NCBI GenBank assembly: GCA_050246315.1
Contig: JBFWWG010000003.1
Location: forward strand, 64,001-128,000
Length of the DNA: 64,000 bases
From: Nitrospiraceae bacterium
Lineage (GTDB): Bacteria; Nitrospirota; Nitrospiria; Nitrospirales; Nitrospiraceae
Direction of reading: 5' to 3'
Shown here piece after piece: positions 59,447 to 64,000 of the stretch; the stretch's first letter is position 1; every line of letters starts with the position of its first letter. The notes beneath the pieces are model-generated. The model was given only the letters and a program-made list of their open reading frames with translations. It did no database searches and was not told where the DNA came from. Both the position numbers and the translations under genes were made by a program.

Positions 59447-59959
59447 TTACTTGGTCAGTTCGCGAATGAGGTGGCCGAGTTCGGGAAGGATGAGTTTCTC
59501 CATGGCCAGGCGCACGGCATTCTCTGAGCCCGGCGTCGAGAAGAGCACGCGCCCCTTCACGATGCCGGCGGTCGCCCGGCTGATGATGGCCGGTGAGCCG
59601 ATTTCCTGGTAGGTGAGAAACCGAAAGATTTCTCCAAAGCCGTCCAGCCGTTTCTCCAACATTCCGTCCACCGCTTCGAACGTGGAGTCCCGCCGAGCAA
59701 TGCCGGTCCCACCGTTGATCATGATGGCCTGCACCTGCTGATTCGCACAGGCCTCCTCGACCTTGGATCGAATCTGTGCCGGTTCATCCTTGATCAGATG
59801 ATAGGCCAGCACTTCGTGTCCCTGATCTTTGAGCAGACGCATGATCAGTTGGCCGCTGGTATCGGTCTCGGGCGTACGGCTGTCGCTGCACGTGACGACC
59901 ATGCAGCCGATGCGTGTCGGCGCATGCTGCTTGTGCTCGTGATGAGTCGGGATAGTCAT
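59447..59959 (-). CDS. moaB: Molybdenum cofactor biosynthesis protein MoaB/MogA
   Basis: SDSRT..TD.SG, GGTG...RD.T, GFGE.FR, SRA.AG, PGS. Confidence 0.92.
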   Translation of the reverse strand: MTIPTHHEHKQHAPTRIGCMVVTCSDSRTPETDTSGQLIMRLLKDQGHEVLAYHLIKDEPAQIRSKVEEACANQQVQAIMINGGTGIARRDSTFEAVDGMLEKRLDGFGEIFRFLTYQEIGSPAIISRATAGIVKGRVLFSTPGSENAVRLAMEKLILPELGHLIRELTK

Positions 59960-60038
59960 CAGAAGAAAGGCCAGCCCGCCGGCCGGCTGATGGAGGACGG
60001 GGCGGGGTTGATTCAGATCAACCAGTCGCGTGCGTCGC

Positions 60039-60365
60039 CTAGCTCCACACCGAATCTGGCCGAAGTTTTTCTACCGGCTGACCCTTGACGATATGCTCAT
60101 CGAGAATGGTCGTCACGTCCGCCTCCGTCACCTTGGCATACCAGGTGCCAGTTGGGTAGACGACGACCGTCGGACCCTGTTCGCAGGGTCCGAGACATCC
60201 GGTTCCCGTCACCAACACCTCGCCTGGTTGAATGCCTCGTTGCATGAGCCCCATATTGAAGGCCATGAGCAATTGTTGTGATCCGGCCGAGCCACAGGAA
60301 GGCTTTGGATGCCCAGGCGGCCTGGTGTTGGCGCAGACGAGAATGTGATATCGAGGCTTCGGCAT
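60039..60365 (-). CDS. Thioredoxin-like [2Fe-2S] ferredoxin
   Basis: HILVC, SC, GCLGPC..GP...VYP...WY. Confidence 0.92.
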   Translation of the reverse strand: MPKPRYHILVCANTRPPGHPKPSCGSAGSQQLLMAFNMGLMQRGIQPGEVLVTGTGCLGPCEQGPTVVVYPTGTWYAKVTEADVTTILDEHIVKGQPVEKLRPDSVWS

Positions 60366-60427
60366 ATCTTATCCTTTCTCTGCGGGATGCTTGAAAATAT
60401 TCCGTTGGGCGGGCACCGGGTTAAGGA

Positions 60428-60898
60428 TTATCTGCGGTAGTAAGCCTTCCAGATGTCTTCGGTCTCCTCGCCCAATTTCCAATGTTTGATGCCCTTCATC
60501 ACCCAATCCAGATAGTGTTCTTTCGGCTTGAACTTGCCGATCGGAGGCGCCGAATGGGTGGTGACCAATTGCTTCTCCTCCTGCTCATCGATCACGGTGA
60601 CGGATAGATGCCGGTAGGCCCCCTCTGGCACATCCCCCTCAAACTGATCCATATTTTTTAAGTCTTCTTCCGTCATGTCCACGATCATGCCCCAGACCCG
60701 CTCACCCGGCGACGGCACGACGCTCGCCAAGCCACAGCGCCATTGGGAGGACCACCGACAAAATTGAATCGTATGGTCGGGGAGATAGGCCTTGCCGACC
60801 GGTTGGTATTCCGGAGCCCGGCGCTTCAGTTGCGATGGGTTGAGGTTGTCCGCATACACAAAGACTTTCATGACATCTTCATCCTCATGACCAGCCAC
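60428..60898 (-). CDS. Gamma-glutamylcyclotransferase family protein
   Basis: FVY..NL, V.G......L..MD.FEG, Y; P...YL. Confidence 0.75.
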   Translation of the reverse strand: MAGHEDEDVMKVFVYADNLNPSQLKRRAPEYQPVGKAYLPDHTIQFCRWSSQWRCGLASVVPSPGERVWGMIVDMTEEDLKNMDQFEGDVPEGAYRHLSVTVIDEQEEKQLVTTHSAPPIGKFKPKEHYLDWVMKGIKHWKLGEETEDIWKAYYRR

Positions 60899-61136
60899 CG
60901 CGCATATCTCGGCCGGCTGCTGTCACTCGAAACATGGGACTGCTGCCCTGGAGATAGGACACGGCGAACATGGAACGGCCCTTCAAAACCACAAGTTTGT
61001 AACACAGTCCCCTGTGAGATTGCCAGCGGGCCGCGCCCGCGGAATCCTTGCGGCATCCGCGGCTCGATTTGACTTGCGTCGCGACGATCCCTATTCTCCA
61101 CAGAAACCGATCTGTATGACCACGCTGCGAACACGC

Positions 61137-61670
61137 ATGGACAGTTCTGCCTCACCGAGCCAGCCGAGCACCTCGGGTCCATCATCCGGCGCATCGGCCG
61201 CTGCTCCGCACACACCATCGCCAGGACTCTCACGCAGTGCCCTGTGGCATGGGGTTGCGCTGGCGGTACTGCTGTTCGGCGGCGCAATTTACTGGTTTGT
61301 GAAACCACCCAACCTGAACCTGCTCGCCGATCCGACCTCCGCCGAGGCGTTGGCGTTGGTGCAGACCCACCGGGCGAAGCAGGCGCCGACCATCTTGCAG
61401 GGGGTCAACGAGCTCGCACGGCTGCGCGAGGAACGCGGTGTGAAAACCAGACTCGGCCGGTGGATGGTCGAGAGGGAAGGTGAGAATCTCTACATCGTCA
61501 AGGTGATGTTTCGGGAGCAGGGGAGCCGGAACTGGGTTGAACGGGAATATACCTGGCACGTGGATCTCAAGGGGAGGAAGGTCAACGCGCTGTCGATGCC
61601 GGCGATTGACCTGATGCCGGAGGAAGATTTGGCCCCGTTGAACCCGGCGATGCCGCTCCCGGTCAGATAG
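61137..61670 (+). CDS. Hypothetical protein, single TM
   Basis: One TM helix followed by a soluble domain. Start approximate. Confidence 0.6.
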   Translation: MDSSASPSQPSTSGPSSGASAAAPHTPSPGLSRSALWHGVALAVLLFGGAIYWFVKPPNLNLLADPTSAEALALVQTHRAKQAPTILQGVNELARLREERGVKTRLGRWMVEREGENLYIVKVMFREQGSRNWVEREYTWHVDLKGRKVNALSMPAIDLMPEEDLAPLNPAMPLPVR

Positions 61671-61723
61671 CCCACGGAACGAGGGTCCTGCCGTTTCATT
61701 GAGCAAGGACCGCACGGCAACGA

Positions 61724-62050
61724 CTACCCGGGGCGGTCGAGCGGAATCTCCACCATAATCAGACCGTTCTCCACCGTCACGTCAAAGCAGGCCACACGGA
61801 AATCCGGATTGTCCACACGCTGTCCGGTCTTCACGTTGAACCGCCATCCGTGCCACGGGCACACGACGCAATCCCCCTTCATCTCGCCCTCGCCCAGCGG
61901 TCCGCCTGCGTGAGGGCAGACGTCATCGGTGGCATAGATCCGCCCCTGCACATTGTAGAGCGCCACCCATCCGGATTCCGTCTCGACCGACCGGCAGGTT
62001 CCCGGAGGCAGTTCTTCCAGGCGAACAAGGGGGAAACGCTTAGCGTTCAT
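61724..62050 (-). CDS. Rieske [2Fe-2S] ferredoxin (NirD-like)
   Basis: CPHAGGPL ... CPWHGWRF. Confidence 0.92.
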   Translation of the reverse strand: MNAKRFPLVRLEELPPGTCRSVETESGWVALYNVQGRIYATDDVCPHAGGPLGEGEMKGDCVVCPWHGWRFNVKTGQRVDNPDFRVACFDVTVENGLIMVEIPLDRPG

Positions 62051-62185
62051 CTGGTAATCGTCAAGATACGGTTACGGGGAAGGCGAGCGCGGCGGACGAC
62101 CAGCCCCTTGCTTGATTTCAGCCGGTGAGTATGGCATAGACCTGGATGCTATACTCTCACTTATGAGAGGGAAAAGGGACTCTGT

Positions 62186-62731
62186 ATGGAACTGACCCTG
62201 TTGCTCAACGCGACGTATGAACCGTTGCGAGTGGTGCATTGGCAGAAGGCGATTTCGCTCCTCTGGCAAGGGAAGGTCGAAGTGCTCGAGTTCTATGATC
62301 GGGACGTGCGCGGCGTCTCGATCACCTTCAAGTTGCCGGCGGTCATGCGGCTGCTCAAGCTGGTCAAGCTCAAGGACAGCCACCGCGCCGTCAAATTTTC
62401 GCGCATCAACATCTTCACCCGCGACGGTTACACCTGCCAGTACTGCAGCGTGAAATTTCGGACGGAGGAGTTGACCTTCGATCATGTCGTGCCCATCGCC
62501 AAAGGCGGCAAGAAGACCTGGGAAAACATCGTGACGGCCTGCTGGCGCTGCAACAACCGCAAGAGCGGCCGGACGCCCGAGGAAGCCGGCATGAAACTCG
62601 TCAAGAGACCCGTCAAGCCCCGGTGGAGCCCCGTGGTCACGATCACCATCGGGATCCGCAATGCACCGCAAAGCTGGCGCGATTACCTCTATTGGAATAT
62701 GGCGTTGGACGAGGACGCCGCCGACACCTAG
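62186..62731 (+). CDS. HNH endonuclease (McrA-like)
   Basis: LLNATYEPL, RD.YTCQYC, DHVVP..GG..WEN...C..CN..K. Confidence 0.92.
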   Translation: MELTLLLNATYEPLRVVHWQKAISLLWQGKVEVLEFYDRDVRGVSITFKLPAVMRLLKLVKLKDSHRAVKFSRINIFTRDGYTCQYCSVKFRTEELTFDHVVPIAKGGKKTWENIVTACWRCNNRKSGRTPEEAGMKLVKRPVKPRWSPVVTITIGIRNAPQSWRDYLYWNMALDEDAADT

Positions 62732-62732
62732 T

Positions 62733-62797
62733 CAGGATGTTGAAATAGTCCGCCAGCTTTGTTCTCACCTCGCTGGACGGACTTTTTGACCCTCCTG
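62733..62797. repeat. Internally deleted MITE (family of 47047-47269) between convergent genes
   Basis: caggatgttgaaatagtccgccagc ... gctggacggactttttgaccctcctg. Confidence 0.65.
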
Positions 62798-62811
62798 TGG
62801 GCTTTCTTCTT

Positions 62812-63258
62812 TCAGCGTACATTGCTCAAGGTAATATCCACCTGGTCGCCGCCGACCATGGTCGGATTCTTTTCGAACTCACCTTCGATATCGCCCGGCT
62901 GAGCCGGTCCGGCTTGACCGTCACGGTCCAGCCGCGCCACCACATCGACCACGCCTCGCAGCTCGGTGCCCTGCATCATGACATCGGCATTTGTGACCTC
63001 GTAGGCCACCGGAAATTGAGGGTTGTCGAACCGCTTGGCCGCCAACGGACGCTTGGCCTGCGGCCTTCTCACGATCACAAACAAGACATCCGTCGCCTTC
63101 ACCTGACCGGCTAACTCGGGAAGGATCGTCACTCGGCCCGCAATGCGGCTCACGCCGGGCTTCTCGCACCCGTGCGCCAGACCGAAATATGCAGCGATTG
63201 CAGCCAGAGCGATGATGCCACCTGCCATCCCAAACGTGCCCATGGTATGCTTCGCCAC
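62812..63258 (-). CDS. Exported protein resembling the CycH/CcmI C-terminal Ig-like domain
   Basis: LFVIVR...PLAAKR....FP, MM.G, VVARLD.DG.A...PGD.EG; AAGGAG RBS. Confidence 0.65.
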   Translation of the reverse strand: MAKHTMGTFGMAGGIIALAAIAAYFGLAHGCEKPGVSRIAGRVTILPELAGQVKATDVLFVIVRRPQAKRPLAAKRFDNPQFPVAYEVTNADVMMQGTELRGVVDVVARLDRDGQAGPAQPGDIEGEFEKNPTMVGGDQVDITLSNVR

Positions 63259-63447
63259 AACTTCTCCTTGTCGCCAACCCGCATGTGGTTCCCTGCGACG
63301 CTTCCGGCGCACTTGTAAGAATGGATATTATAACGATCGGCCTCGCAAAAGGGGAGGTCTCTTTTGTGCGCTGCGAGTCCTGTTGTATGATACGCGACCG
63401 TCCGTCGTCGGAAGACTCGGAGACGGCAGCCAGAAGGGAGAAGACTT

Positions 63448-64000
63448 GTGAACCCAGGATTTCCACTATCACTCGACGTCAAGGGGTGGCCCTGTCTCGT
63501 TCTTGGAGGAGACGAGGAAGCCGCCGACAAGGCGATCCGGTTGCTGGAGGCCGGCGCCAAAGTCACCGTCATCAATCCCACGCTCAACGATACGCTCAAG
63601 AAACTTACAGCCAGCGCCAAGGTCATTCATCGTGGGCGGCTGTTCCGCGCCACGGACACGCCGGGCGTCGTTCTGATCCTCAATTGTCTCAGGGACAACC
63701 GCGAATTTTCGGAATCGCTGTTGGACCTGGCCCGCAAAGACAGATTTCAGGTCTGGTCCGTGGACCAGCCGGAACACTCTACGGTCATGATGCCGGCCGT
63801 CGTCAGTCGCGGACACTTGCGAATCGCGGTGAGCACGAGCGGGGCCGCTCCGGCGCTCGCGTCCAGGATTCGTCAAGATCTGGAAGCGATCTTCGGCTCG
63901 GAGGCGGCGGAATTTCTTTCATGGCTGGGTGAACTCCGCGACGAGACCAAGGCTGCGCAAGCCGACTACGCACAGCGCAAGGACACGCTTCGCCGCGCCG
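63448..64000 (+). CDS. Precorrin-2 dehydrogenase/sirohydrochlorin ferrochelatase (SirC/CysG-N), runs off the window
   Basis: Own translation: VNPGFPLSLDVKGWPCLVLGGDEEAADKA..LLEAGA.V...VDQPE....MPAVV.RG.LRIAVSTSG.APALA..IR..LE. Confidence 0.88.
   Translation, partial: MNPGFPLSLDVKGWPCLVLGGDEEAADKAIRLLEAGAKVTVINPTLNDTLKKLTASAKVIHRGRLFRATDTPGVVLILNCLRDNREFSESLLDLARKDRFQVWSVDQPEHSTVMMPAVVSRGHLRIAVSTSGAAPALASRIRQDLEAIFGSEAAEFLSWLGELRDETKAAQADYAQRKDTLRRA

Noticed and set aside
43644..60898. Functional cluster of pxpABC with gamma-glutamylcyclotransferase and the ProA-like gene
   Set aside because: Metabolically related, but separated by many unrelated genes, with no evidence of co-regulation.
62186..62731. 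HNH protein as an IscB/Cas9-like or mobile nuclease
   Set aside because: It is a 181-aa stand-alone McrA-like HNH with no RuvC motifs and no associated RNA or array.

Overview
A 64-kb, roughly 60% GC bacterial chromosomal window. The gene content and intergenic repeat families look Nitrospira-like (inference). From left to right it holds: the end of a surface-glycan modification cluster; tRNA-Phe(GAA), tRNA-Ser(GCT), tRNA-Ser(TGA) and serS; housekeeping and signalling genes (PA0069 radical SAM, rhodanese, DUF362, Skp, HD-GYP with a HEAT partner, zwf-gnd, ltaE, MscS, AsmA); an accessory/defence island at about 30.8-41.6 kb; pxpABC; a ProA-like gene lacking the catalytic Cys; a methyltransferase, two B12 radical SAM genes, a third radical SAM and PhzF; then MoaB, ferredoxins, HNH and the start of a precorrin-2 dehydrogenase. 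The most striking structure is in the island. First, small genes and toxin-antitoxin modules are punctuated by heptamer tracts and a recurrent 15-bp GTG(A/C)CC(C/T)CGGATGT(C/G) site, and one vapBC module sits between 40-bp direct repeats. Second, in a type I R-M locus hsdR appears fused in frame to the last codons of hsdS, a DUF5131-TcmP pair lies inside the locus, and the 5' end of hsdM occurs three times. The two degenerate hsdM copies each carry a small hairpin/REP insertion and each heads a block of small antitoxin-type genes, which suggests iterative cassette capture at the hsdM start. All family assignments come from motif recognition by eye; no searches were run.
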